Assembly: GCF_018977255.1 (NCBI RefSeq)
Contig: NW_024704742.1
Coordinates: 88,786,001-88,850,000 of the forward strand
Direction of reading: 5' to 3'
Source: Callorhinchus milii
Taxonomy: Eukaryota
Length of the DNA: 64,000 nt
Shown here: piece by piece, positions 39,400 through 52,399 of the stretch
Layout: the number at the start of each line of letters is the position of its first letter
How positions within the stretch are numbered: the stretch's first letter is position 1
Position numbers and translations under genes: made by a program
The notes under the pieces: generated by a model
What the model was told of the DNA's origin: nothing
Databases searched by the model: none
What the model saw: only the letters and a program-made list of their open reading frames with translations

Positions 39400-39933
39400 T
39401 TGTTCTTACAGGAGAGTTTGGTTGTTCAAACTATTGGAAAATCTATGAGCAGCTTTCAACCATTCCCCCTTGGCTCATTTCCTACTAGTTCAGGAGTTCT
39501 GCTCTCCAGGTCTCTTCTCACTCTCCCACTTTGTTCTTATTCTATCATCAATGACCTCCCTCTACTCTTCATACCATTCTATACAGTTCTTTGCTGGTGG
39601 ATCAACTCTGTGTTCATTAGTTTCCTGTACATCACATGCCCTTCGTTCCTCCCACAACACAATGGTTCAATCACTAAACCTTGGTCTCCTCCCTGCTCTT
39701 TTAATGAGGGCCAATTTTTCAAAGATGAAACAAGTCAAGCCAACAACTGATTTTTCCTGGTTGCACTCTGGGCCTTTGTCAAATGCCATTCTTTATCTTA
39801 CTATATTTGCTTAGCTCCAAATGAAATTCCCTGCTTATTTTTTGCTGAAGGTGCCTCCAAGATCCTAGGTTTTCTTTTCCATGCAATACTTTCCCTCAAC
39901 AGCCGTTAAGTCTGTAAAGCCAAAATCTGTCCA
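39400..39933 (+). mobile_element. Ancient LINE RT relic, unlike the local L2 and CR1 copies
   Basis: Across frames: TSSGV, INDLP, FAGGSTL (decayed FADD), ASKILGFLF, KAKICP. Confidence 0.55.
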
Positions 39934-40272
39934 TGCCTCACTAGCGAGAGATACGGGTTCTATTCTCGGTGGGGCGAAATGTTGGGCAAGTTTCCTTACT
40001 CCACATGCCTCTGTTTACCCAGAGGTAACTAGGAACACGGTTGTTAGTCAATTGGGGGATTGCTTTTCCTGGGGGAATAATTCCTTTTTAAAAAAAATTG
40101 GTCACTCAATCCACGACTATTTGTGGGACACTGCTGTGCACAATTGGCTGCCGAATTTGCCCACAAAATATACAGTCAATTCACTTTCCAGTATATTCTG
40201 TGAAGTGCTTTGAGATGTTCCGAAGATGTGATAAGGCACTGTATCAAATGCAAGGATTAGTATTATTATTAT
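39934..40272 (+). mobile_element. SINE, long variant, 5'-clipped
   Basis: Starts at GCCTCACTAGCGAG and runs to the tail. Confidence 0.9.
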
Positions 40273-41152
40273 TGATACCTGTTTTGCACACATGAGTTTG
40301 ACAAAGGTGGAGTAACCCAAGTTGCACAAAGCTTTACAAACCTAGCCTTAGCAGTAAAGGTAAGCAGAAGATTTTCAACTTACGCAGACAAATGTGCTCG
40401 AGATGCAAACCCGTTTTTGATTGTTTTGTTGGTAAATTCAAACTAGCTGGAATTTTTGGTGAATGATCAATAATTACACCCACAATATTGTTCTCTCCCA
40501 CCTCTGCAATGATATAGCCCTGTATACAGGCCTTTCAGCCCAAATAATCTGTGCAATGAATATTCCTTTTACTCAAGGATGGAGAAAAGCAAAGAGGATA
40601 ATTCTAGGAATCACTCCAGTGATGCGGAATTAGATATGGCGTGAAGTACAAGATGAGTACAAGTGGCGAGAAGTATGAAATGGTTTACTGTAATTAGCAG
40701 TAATCATTAAAGCTGACGTCAATTGGCATCAACATTTAACCAAAATTGTCATCCAATTTCATTCTTTACACAGGCATTAATTAAAGTAGTGTAATTAGCA
40801 TTAAAGATTTGAGCCCATTAAAATTACAGCTTAGGTTATCATAGGTCCCCAAACAAGATGGCCACCAGTCCCAATTCCAGGTTGTAAGGTCACTGTTGAC
40901 GTCACTTCTGGCATCTTGCACATAAGCAGATCGCTCAGCTTCCTGCTTATGTACAAAATACGCAGGAGTCTGACTAATCAGCCTCTGCCAGTCTCAACAC
41001 TGTTTCAAGTGCAACAAAGCATTCACAGCTGACCAGCAGGCTTGCTGCATGCTGCATGCATGAACCAGAAAGCTAGCCAGTCCACATTGGAAGCACTCAA
41101 CATACTGCACTTCTGGCCAGTGCAGGTCCACAGGACAGGCACATTCCTGTAG

Positions 41153-41515
41153 TGGAATCCTGTAGCGCATTGGTTAGAGCACTCGCCTCACAATCGAGAG
41201 GACCCAGGTTAGATTCCCAGGTGGGGCAAAACTTTAGGCAAGTTTCCTTACTCCGCACTCCTGTTTACCGAGCAGTAAGTAGGAAAACCGTTGTTGGATC
41301 GCTTTCTGGGAATAATATCCCTTCAAAAAAAAGTAATAATAATAATTTAGCCACCCAATTCCACATCTGTTTGTGGGACATTGCTGTGTACAATTGGCTG
41401 TTGCGTTTTACCCAAAAATATACAGTCAATTCACTTTACAGTATATTCTGTGAAGTGCTTTGAGACATCTCAATGACGTAATAAGGTACTAAATCAAATG
41501 CAAGTATTATTATAT
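41153..41515 (+). mobile_element. SINE, long variant
   Basis: TGGAATCCTGTAGCGCATTGG to the tail. Confidence 0.9.
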
Positions 41516-42309
41516 TCCAAGCAAACTTGCCTCTGTTTGAGGCATCTTATAATAGGGGTGGCCTTGGATCACTTAAAAAGAACAACATAAAACAAAACAA
41601 ATCCAAACCAACTTTTGCTGAGTTATGAATTCACTGGCTGCATAGATACTCTCAAAATACAAGAGAACAAGCAAGGTAATGCAGTCCTCCAGGCATGATA
41701 GTGCAGGTGAGTAATTGGTTTGGCTGTTTTTCTCTTCAGCCATCCAAATGAAAAGCAGCCACATTTTATTATCCCTCTGAGGACTGCGGTAAGAACTCTG
41801 CACTGAAATAAATACATTTAAATAGCACTTTTATGCCTTATTTAGAGGATACTGGCAAATGGAATCATTCTTCCAATTCCACGTTGTAATCAACAAAATA
41901 TACAACCAATTACTTATGCAGATGTTGTGTCTGTACAGAGAGTATTGAAACAGCTGCATCTGGCATTCAAAGGACCAATAGAAATGTTAGATGTTGGCTT
42001 TTTTCCAGGGTGATAATTATGACAGTTTTTACTAACTCTTATTAGGTAATATTACCAGTATTCATAACATTAATATTTGTATTTTATTTGTATTTTAAAA
42101 TTCAACTGTTATGATAAGTCTCCCTGTGGTCAACAATTCCCACCCCCTAAAATTGATCCATCACTTCACGGTTGTTGGTGGAAAGTTACTGTGCACAAAT
42201 TGGCTGCCACATTCACCTAAAAATATACAGCCCCTACATTTCATATTATATCCTGTGAAACATTTCGAAATGTCTTCCTAACATAAAAGGCAAAGAGGCA
42301 ACTAGATGG

Positions 42310-42525
42310 AAGGTTTGAGGCAAGGAGTTCCAGAGATTCGGAGTAGCTGAAAGCATGGTTGCCAATCGTGGACGCAGGGGATGAATGACATGTAGAAGAC
42401 CCGAGGCAGCTGAGGAAGGACGCAGGTAGTAGAGTGGGGTGTGAGCAGATTGGACAGGCAGGCAGGTGCCAGGGCATGAAATTATTTAAAAGTGAGAGTG
42501 AGGATCTTGAAATCAATCCATTCTG
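42310..42525 (-). mobile_element. Old L2 fragment
   Basis: GAGGATCTTGAAATCAATCC (IDFKIL in reverse); STIGNHAFSY. Confidence 0.65.
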
Positions 42526-43353
42526 CATCCATTCTCCTGGGGTTTCGAGCCATAAAATCCAGGAAAGTCCCAGAGTTAAGTTATCACCCCCTAGACAGTG
42601 GCCGGGGATCTCTGCAAACAGTTATGTTGTTCCCAGGAAAAAGTGTGAGAAAATCAGTCATATATTTCATTCCTGATCATGAACCAATAATCCTAATGGA
42701 AAGTAAATATGTGCGGACAGTACAGGCAAGGACAGAACCAGACAGCTGTCATGGTTGAATAACCTACTAAGACTTGTGTGACCAGATTCTATTGTAACAT
42801 TAAAAGCTACATTAGTATTTTGCTGGAAGCAATGGTGAGTTGCTTTGGCAGGAAAAATTAAACAGCAGTTACTATACAATGTACAGTGTTAACCTGCCTC
42901 TGCTGGTTACAGTTCCCATCTCTGTGACTCACCAGCCCTTAAACACAAAGAATTTATAATTGGGAGTGAAGGAAGGAACTACAATATTCGGAGTCTAGAG
43001 TGAAATTGGAATGTTAACAAATGCAAACTGGCTCAATCGCAATACATTAAACCGGATTAACCGTGCCTTTCATTCTTAACTTTAGTTTAGAACTGGCAGA
43101 GCTTTCAAGATAAGCAGAAGATAATCCTAGGTGTAAGATGATTTACATAAAGACACAGGGAGGAGGTGATTCCATGGTCAGGCTGGTGACAACATCATAT
43201 CTCAGTTGGTCAGTGCACTTATGGACTTCAGCAATGTTCCCTCATAACATTATTTTAAAAGCATAATTTTAAAAGAGACCTTTAAAATGATGAGAAGCAT
43301 ACCCAATAATAATCCTTGCATCTGATATAGCACCTTATCATGTCACCAAGATA

Positions 43354-43788
43354 AATAAATAATAATATAATAATAATCCTTGCATTTGATGTAGCAATAC
43401 TTCTAGACGTCTCAAAGCGCTTCACAGAATATACTGTAAAGTGAATTGACTCAGACATCCTCCTGACGTGAAAGGCGCTATACAAATGTAATTTTATTGT
43501 TGTTGTTGAATATTGTTGTTGCATATGTGGGCGAAACGTGGCATCCAATTGCGCATAGCAGTATCCCTCAAACAGTTGTGTATTGAGTGACCAAATTATT
43601 ATTTTATTGATTTTTTTTCTTGAGGGATTATTATCAGGCATGGGGAATAAGGAATTATTTTATTGATTTTTTTTCTTGAGGAATTATTATCAGGCATGGG
43701 GAATAAGGAAACTTGCCCTGCTGGGAATCGAACCCAAGTCTCTCGCTTGCGAGGCGAGTGCTTTAACCACTGAGGTACAGGATTCCAT
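43354..43788 (-). mobile_element. SINE (short type) with an inserted L2 tail and a 56-bp tandem duplication
   Basis: Head ends GGATTCCA; duplication 43598-43653 / 43654-43709; plus-strand L2 tail at 43452-43521. Confidence 0.9.
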
Positions 43789-43979
43789 GATATCTTTAAG
43801 ATACCTCAAAGCACTTCACTGGATTTTATTATGACTGTGTATTTATAGGCAAACGCAGTAGTAAATCCGCATACAGCAATGTCCACAAATAGCCGGGAAA
43901 CAAATGACCAAATTTATTTGGGGGATTGTTGGTGAGGAGAGCAGGAGAAACTCCCCTCTCTTTTCAAATAGTGCTTTTG

Positions 43980-44116
43980 ATCTCGCTGCTTCCCCCCTGC
44001 CTCCAACCTCACCCACCCTGCCCCCAGCTCGGGTCCGTAACTCTGTCTGTCCAGAGCCTTGGGACGTCCTCCCGATGTGAAAGGCACTACACAAATGTAA
44101 TTTTGTTGTTGTTGTT
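43980..44116 (+). mobile_element. L2 3' tail
   Basis: CCTTGGGACGTCCTCCCGATGTGAAAGGCAC...(TTG)n; TGCTTT on both flanks. Confidence 0.85.
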
Positions 44117-45065
44117 GCTTTGGGATCTTTAACATCCATCTGAACAGTCAGATGAGGACTCGGTTTAACGTCTCATCTAAAGCATAGTACTTCCAACAAT
44201 ACAGTACACCCCCAGCACTGCACTGAGGTATCAGCCTGGAATGTGAGTTCAATGTCCAGACATAGTTCTTGAAACCACAACCTTCTGACTCAGAAGCAAG
44301 TGTTACCATATGAGCAAGCTGACACCTGTATATGTGGTAGATATAAGAAAGTTAATTGAAACTGTGAGAGCATCATTTTAATATTGAGAAATTCCTCAAT
44401 TGTGACCTCAAATTATTTTTCTCACAGGGTAGTGAATATATGTAACAAATTCCCAACTGAAACAATTGACGTTACTTTGCTTAAGTCCTTTACAAATAAA
44501 TGGAAAAATAAATATATATATAAATAAATATATTGATAACCTCAGGCTTGGTTCAGACAGAAATATCCACTGGACACGGTGGTTTTTATGTGCTGAGGCT
44601 ATGGCAGAAGATGTGGGATTATTGTCTAACAAGGAGGGAGGTCAGTTTGGATTAGTGAAGATATGGGGATGGTTGAGTACTTTGGAGTAGTGATTTCATT
44701 GGGATCCGAGAGCATTTATGCAAAATGTTTGTTCCTCAATTCAAGTGGTGAAATCTGGGAATGGGTTTGATAGGCTGCATACACTTTTGTTTGTTGCTTT
44801 CTATGTTCTTAAAATTTGGTTGCTCAGGTTATCAAGGTTCAGATAAAATTAATTGCTGATGTGTACAAAATGGTACCACAGTTGGAATAAATTCCATGTT
44901 CATTTCAATGTATCTCTCCATATCACAAATGTGTGATAACATGCAATACAAGAACATTTATTTGGTTCTCAGTCCGTCCATCCCCCAATCAATCTTCTCT
45001 CATCAGCCCGTTAGCAGCTGGACAATGGATGCTTGTTTCTTGTGAATAATAATAATTCACATTTG

Positions 45066-45362
45066 ATAATAATAATATAATGATACTTGCATTTGATATA
45101 GTGCTTTTTCACGTCTTCTAGACATCTCAAAGCGCTTCACAGAATAGACTGTAAATTTAACTGACTGTATATTTTGTGGGCCAATTGTGCACAGCAGTGT
45201 CCCACAAACAGTTGTGGATTGAAGTGACCAATTTATTATCTTTTTTTTTGAAGGATTATTATCAGGCGTGTGGGGTAAGGAAACTTGCCCAAGGTTTTGT
45301 CGTGCAGGGAATAAAAAACAAGTTCTCTCGCTTGTGAGGCAATGGCTCTAACTATTGAGCTC
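45066..45362 (-). mobile_element. SINE, short type
   Basis: Reverse complement of the family, head to tail. Confidence 0.88.
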
Positions 45363-45407
45363 CTACAAAGAGTTAAAATAAAAGGTTCCTGTATTTGTAT
45401 TTTCACT

Positions 45408-45535
45408 CTGCACAAATTACGCCCACAAAGTATATAGTCAGTTGAATTTACAGTATATCCTGTGAAGCGCTTTGAGATGACTCAAAGATGTGATAAGGCA
45501 CTATATTGAATGCAAGGATTATTATTATTATTTTA
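45408..45535 (+). mobile_element. SINE 3' fragment
   Basis: Tail homology; inverted relative to 45066-45195. Confidence 0.85.
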
Positions 45536-47299
45536 TCAGACATTTGTGATATGGAGAGGTGAGTCAGGGGAAGCTATTGAATATGGAAATATTGTCTGTT
45601 GTGGCATTTTTTTTTCTCTAGGTGGCTTACCTCGGAACACCCTCTCGGTTTGAGGTTTAGTGTACGAAAAAAATAAACTTGAAATTGCCAAAGATTAAAA
45701 AAACAGCCTTTGCATTCAGCTGTAGGAAACAAATAACATAAATAAAACGATGCCCTCCAGGAAATGATAGTTAGAAAATAAGCCTTTTGTAACAAAACAA
45801 AATAATCCTCTCTTTTTCTTTGTAAATTACAAATCGCTTACACTTGTAAAGGACATAAATCTTTCATCTGCTGTTTCCAGTGACCATACATTTTTTGAGG
45901 CAGCAGAATAAATAAATAAAAACCATTGAATCTCCCATTTGCTTCCTTCGGTACCAGAGCACAAACTCTCAAGCAAATCCAGAAACTGCAATTTGCCAAA
46001 TGCTGAGCAATGGGGTTTTATACAGTGCAGCAGAATCCATTCATCTTAATCTATCTGTAAAGAGGTCTACTCATAGTATTTCACAATCTAAGTACTTTCT
46101 GACAAATCTATTAATTATGCACTGAAACAAATTATTTGCTGCCTGTGGAGAATTTTCCCCAGGTTGTACTGCGAAGCTCCATCTACAGCCTGAAAGCATG
46201 ACTCGTTTCTAATGAGGCTTTTCTTTTCCGGTAACGATAAAAAAAGTTGAAAGAATCAATACAAAATTATGGCGCAATTAGGCACATGTTAATGACTTAT
46301 TTATGCAACATCCCTTGGGGTCTTGTGGGATAAAAAGCCGCTTCACTGTCATAGCAACTGCAGAACCAAGGTCATCTTATTAAAAAGTTAGTCTCTAATT
46401 CTACCTGCAATGCCATTGAAATGGGGGTGGAGCACGGAGGGGAAACTGCTGCAGCTTATTCAGTAAAAGGAATTGGGCTTTCTGTGGACTGTCTGCAAAT
46501 ATTGGATGTGATCTGTTTTCTGCTGATTTCCTACTGGAATTGAACAGGGAATGAGGAACCCTGTTTCCACATTGAAAATTCACAAGGAGAACCTATCATT
46601 GGGCTGAAGGTGGCTATCGCTCATTCACACAGGAGCATGCATCAATTGCTTCACGTAAGAAAAGTGCAGATTTCACTTGAGAGCCCCGATGTTTGCTGTT
46701 TCTCTTCCTGACCTCACTAACAACTAACATCTCAAAATCATGCTCTTTGATGGAAGCAAACAGCAACCCTTTGTGACGATCCAACATGTTTTTTTGGTCA
46801 TAATGCTTAATCAAAAGCTGGAAACGCACCTCTAATTCATACTTCTCAATTTAGGCTCCCTTCGTTGTTCTTGTCAGTAACTGAGAGACTACTCACTTCA
46901 TACCAAACAAACAGAAATGTCCTCACAGCTGAGGAACTCTCAACCTGGTTTGAATACTCCTAAGCATAGTGATGAGTTTTCAACATGTGGCAAAAACCCA
47001 TCTAGCTCCTGGCCATTCAAAATAATTGCTAAAGACACAAAATGCCAATTGCCTTGTGGGTAGAGTGGCTATTCCTAATCCAGGTTAGAGATGAAAGTGA
47101 CCTGTTGCTGCTAAGAGGAGTGATTTGATGATATGTGCTAACATGATCTGATGAGCCCTCCAAGTGCACATTAATGTTAATGTGCCAGTTTATGAGTCAG
47201 TTATCATCAGGGTTTCTGGCTTTAGTTTATTCCTCAGCTTCCACATATTCCTCACTGTTTCTAAATTTATGTGTTACAGGGCAGCATATTTAAACTAAG

Positions 47300-47520
47300 A
47301 ATGGGATTTCTCCTGGTGTTCTGGCCAACAATCACCCAAAATAAAATTGGTCATTCACTCCATGACTGTTTGTGGGATGTTACTGTGCATAAATAGGCTG
47401 CCGCATTAGCCCACAAAATACACACAGTCCCGTCACTTTACAGTACATCCCGTGAAACACTTTGAGATGTCTCGGAGTCTTGATAAAGCGCGATATCAAA
47501 TCAAGGATTATGATTGTTTT
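47300..47520 (+). mobile_element. Deu-type SINE 3' half
   Basis: TCTCCTGGTGTTCTGGCCAACAATC...GTTTGTGGGA...tail. Confidence 0.8.
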
Positions 47521-48291
47521 CTGAGAGCGAGAAATGACATGGCAAGAGTTAAACAAGAAGAAACGCACAGAGCAATGCCCACACGTACATGTTGTAGTAA
47601 ACACTCAGCATGACTTTTAGCATCCCATTGGCATGAGAACACCTATATAATGCTGCCTTTTGTTCCAGCAGGATTACAGTCTCCAGAGGAAAATGCTTCT
47701 GCCAGCAAAACAAGTGGATCATGCTCTGAAACGAATCATTCAGACGTCACTCTATGTACAATATAGAACTTGCCCAAATTAGCATGCAAAATGCTTCTGT
47801 TAGAACCATAATAATTCTTCTGTTAAATAAACTATTTCATTGCCCAAGCAATCAATCAAATTGTCTGCAACTGAATAATTGTTGGCTATTTTGTTTTTCC
47901 TTAATTTGTTGTGAGATTCAGTGCTATACCTGCCTTAATCCTGTGGGACTTTACTGTTGGGTGATTTCAGATGCTGCAAATGTTTTCTGTGACCTATTTA
48001 CATTCTCTAAAGGAGCTGTAAGGTAATAGTCAGGTCAGGAGATTAAAAGGGCAGCGGTCAGGACTGCTAATTTTTACTTTAAATTCCTTGAAGCACAGGT
48101 CCATATTTTCCAACAACTTGATTACACATGAAATAAAATTTAAACTCTGATTCACGTTTACCCTACTCTTAAAGGATTAAAATATTGATTACAAACCATC
48201 CAATTTTTCCATTTTATTCTGTTTCAAGAAGTAACAAAATGTACCTTTATCCATATTGCTCAACATGAATATTTTTTTCTTTCAAGTTACT

Positions 48292-48555
48292 TATAATTAT
48301 TATAATCCTTACAATTGGTATCACCCCTTTCATGTCAAAACGACATCCCAAAGTGCTTCACAGGATATACCGTAAATTGCAGTGACTTTATTTTGTGGGT
48401 AAAATACAGCATTCAATTTGCGCATAGCAATGTCCCACAATCAGCCATGAAGTGAGTTACTAATTTTATTCGGGGGATTGTTGGCCAGAGCACAGGGAGA
48501 AACTCCCTTCTCTTTTCAAGCAGTTCCTGGGATCTTTAATGTCCACGTGAACATT
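48292..48555 (-). mobile_element. Deu-type SINE 3' half
   Basis: Tail through GGGATCTTTAATGTCCAC. Confidence 0.8.
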
Positions 48556-48829
48556 TAATATCTCTTAACAAATGTATTACTTTTCCTTATGGTGTGTCAA
48601 ATGGTGGGAAAGGAACATCTACTGTTCCTCCCAGTTTCTGTTTACCTCGCTTTGTGGTCAGGTTGAGAGAGATGCGGATGATGGCAAGAATCTGATACAT
48701 ACAATCAAACTAGAGCACCAGTTCCATTTTGCAATACTTTCTTTACAGTGAAGATGTCTGACAAAACTAAATTCATTAGGTAATATTTGGTATTAGTTGC
48801 AGAGAAACATAACGGTGGTGGTTAATATA

Positions 48830-49660
48830 CACTCAAAAAGAGAAGAAAGTTTCTCCTGGTATCCTGGTCAACAATCTCTAGATAAAATTGATCACTTATT
48901 TCATCGTTGCTTGTGGAACATTGCTGTGTGCAAATTGGTTGCACATTCTCCTACAAACACTTAGTCACTGCGCTTCACAGTGAAATTTTGTGAAGGTTTT
49001 GAGACTCAACAATGTAATACGACTTTCTGTGGAATCCTGCAGCATATTGGTTAGAGCACTCGCCTCACAAGCGAGAGGACCTGGGTTCAATTCCCGGGCA
49101 TGGCGAAATGTTAAGCGAGTTTCCTTACTCCACATGCCTCTGCTTACCTAGCAGTAAATAGGAACCCGGTTATTAGTCGATTGGTCACTTTTACGGAGGT
49201 AATAATCCCTCAAATTTTTTAAAAAATAATAATAATTTGGTCACTCGATTCATGGCTATTTATGGGACACTGCTGTGCGCAATTGGCTACCATGTTTCAC
49301 TAACAAAATATACAGTCAATTCACTTTACAGTACATTCTGTGAAGCTCTTTAAGACGTCTCAATGACATAATAAGGAACTATATCAAATGCAAGTATTGT
49401 TATTATTATTGAGGCTCTATATCAAATGCAAGGATTATTATTATTGTTGAGGTTCTATATCAAATTATAATAATAATATTTGATATAGCGCTTTTCACAT
49501 CTTCTAGATGTCTCAAAGCGTTTCACAGAATATGCTGTAAAGTGAATTGAAAATGCAAGGATTGTTATAAATATTAATGACTACTCCAATTCATAATTCC
49601 TTCTAATGAAATAAGGCGCTATATCAAATGCAAGGATTATCATTATTATTATTATTATAA
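48830..49660 (+). mobile_element. SINE cluster: Deu 3' half, long SINE (49030-49410) and repeated tail units
   Basis: Several ATATCAAATGCAAG units and an inverted fragment at ~49470-49550. Confidence 0.85.
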
Positions 49661-50984
49661 ATAGTGACTTCTTATAAATGGAAGTATGTCATGCTGAACT
49701 CTAGTCAGATTATGATCTACTTCCACAGCAGTTTCCACGGTACATAACTCCGGTTACCAGATAAAGATTTTATTTGTGACTCAGAATCATTGCTAACAAC
49801 TCTGGTTACGAATCACAATGATTTAAACTTCAATGTATCTGTAAATATTCTAGACTTTTAGTAACGGAATTCTGTTTAATTTCCTGTGTTAAACATACCT
49901 TGCTTTCTTTAGAAAGGTCAGTGCTGGAACGCATACTAAAGTTTCACATTCTGTCGGTACACATTTGGAATAGCAGTGACTATTGCACCAAGCTCGGTCA
50001 TCTAACCTAAGGCTACTCATTGCTAAACCTTCTATTTAACCATCTTGATGTTTTTCTATCATCTGCCTTGAGCATGGACAGCAGTTTGTCTCTGTAATGA
50101 GCTGAGCATCAAAGCGCATGCTGATCATGATGATCACAGTGCTTCTGGGTTTATTAATGACCATTGTCAAATGACTGATTGATTCAATGCTTCTGCCAGT
50201 GCTGCCCTAGTATGATTGAAGTTCTGTTTTGTATCGGTAGAATAGTGTTGTTCTCTGTCTGTCTTTACCAGGGTTCTCCAAATTAAACCTTGGACTCTCC
50301 ATGTGATAACTCATCTAAATCTGATAAGAAACAGTACAATATCAGCCAGCAATTGTCAACTGGCTCTCAGTGTCAATGCCCTGCTCCCTGACTTTGGCAC
50401 ATTGTTCAAGTCAAAAGCCTGTTTTGAAAGTTTTGCGCAACAACCTTGGACTTATAATTGAAGAATAAATATTGATGAAACCTTTCCTCTGTTTTTGCTC
50501 GTAACGTTTATTGCTTTGGTAATAAAAGGCTTCTGCACCTGTTTCTCAGCCAGTCTGTTGCCTCGCTTTGCTGGATCAATTTATTGTCTGCATAGCTGTA
50601 TTGTCGAGCTGTGTTGAACATCTGTAGAGTTGACTTTCTGACTTTCCTGCTTTCTGCCTCAGATTATATTATATTGTACTGTTGCTTATATTCTACATGA
50701 GCTCCCACTGCTCCTACATTGTTCCCCTCACCTCTATCCCTCTATTTCCTTCTTCCTCATGTATGCATCTGAGTATATTGCACATGTAGGGATGTCATAG
50801 ATTATCTGTGTCCTGGACTGTTTTGCACTTTGCCATGCTGCCTGAAAGGGGGATGTGACTCAGAAACACATCTCTGCTCCACCTCCAGCCTCCATTACAT
50901 AGAAGCTCGCTGAGCATTACATGCAATTCTGTTATGGTACAGAGTATCCTGGGTCTTGGATCGATACCAGCTGTCCCCTTTGTG

Positions 50985-51262
50985 TCAAGTTATATGGTTT
51001 TAGCTGGTTCAACCCCAGTGATACTCAACGCACATTGGAATCCGCAAAATTTGGTTCTTGTCAACCTGTGATTTATACTCTCTAGAATTAGGGAAGTAAG
51101 GTATGTCCCTCCAGGAAGAGAGTGCACATTCCATTAATAAATAGCCTTGGCATTTCCATGTGTAGGTGGGATGCATAGAATTCTCAGATTGGTTTGGATA
51201 CTCTTAAGCATAGTGATGGATTTCCACATCTGTCAGACACCCGGATGAACCCCCCAAAAACT
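50985..51262 (+). repeat. Unclassified interspersed repeat, copy 3
   Basis: TTTGGATACTCTTAAGCATAGTGATGG...ATCTGTCAGACA; aligns with 12310-12570. Confidence 0.8.
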
Positions 51263-51429
51263 AATTCTGGCAAAAACTAATGACTCGAATCTGGCATTCC
51301 ATTGCCAAGTACATCACTTTGGAGCCAGCTCACCTCTGAAGCACTTTGAGATGTCCACCTGACGTGAAAGGCACTATACCTAAAGGTAAGGATTATTATT
51401 ATTATTTGTATGCAAACAAGGAGAAAAAT

Positions 51430-51570
51430 TTGTACACGCAATACCTGCAAATAGCCACAAAGTAAATGATCAATTTGGAGGATTGTTAGCCAGGACACCA
51501 GGAGAAATTCCCTCCTCTTCTTCCATAGTACCATGGAATCATTAATGTCCATCTGAATAGGTAGACAGGA
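51430..51570 (-). mobile_element. Deu-domain fragment
   Basis: GCCAGGACACCAGGAGAAATTCCC...ATAGTACCATGGAATC. Confidence 0.7.
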
Positions 51571-52399
51571 CATTAATATTGCACGCAAAGGATGGATAAC
51601 TGGTGGTTACTGGGAGCAGGTATGTGGAGGTAAACCATTCACTTCATCACTTCAAGGCTTATAAAACCATTGGCAAAGGTTTGGGAAAAGACTTCCTTAT
51701 TACCTTATTAATGGAGATATTGCATAATAAATCATAAAACAGGAAGACAAAATATATATTTGTCTTTAAGATGAATTTATAAGATTTAGACCTAGAGATA
51801 AGTTCTTGTATCCCTGTAGTTGGACAGACATGTTCATACAATCTGAATGAGAAGCTCATTTCAACAGTGCAACATGAAAAGCAATTTCATTATAATAAAT
51901 TTCCATTTTTATAGCATGAAAAGGATTGAGCTTTAATAATGGTCCTAAAATATATTATCTTAGGAAAAGTATTTCCCTGCGGATAGCTGAGTGAGCAAGG
52001 CTGCTCAGACAATCACTGAGGTTTTCAATGCTATCAGTCTTTGGTCAAAAAGATGAGAGCTAATGAGGATAGACATTATTAGCATTCTCGCCTCTGGGTC
52101 AGAATATTCGGGATTCAAGCTGGACTTTGAGCTCATAGTCTGAATAGCACTGCTTGGAGGAATCCTGCATTCTTGGAGGTGCCATCTTTCGGATGGAATA
52201 TTAAAACAAGATTAAAGTAATATAATATTATGAATCCTTGCATTTGATATAGCGCCTTACCATGTCTTCGAGACACCAAGTGCTTCACAGAATATACTGT
52301 AAAGTGAATTGACTGTATGTTTTGTGGGCAAAACAGGAGATTCCCATCTGCCTGTTCAGGTGGACGTTAAAGATCTCATGATATTACCTGAATCATGAA

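Larger units (their letters stand above)
43306..44320 (-). mobile_element. Full-length Deu-domain SINE hosting nested insertions
   Basis: Tail 43306-43353, body 43798-43977 and 44117-44320. Confidence 0.8.

Noticed and set aside
47148..47180. CTGATGAG as a hammerhead ribozyme core or C/D box
   Set aside because: No stem II followed by GAAA; no suitably spaced boxes with a terminal stem
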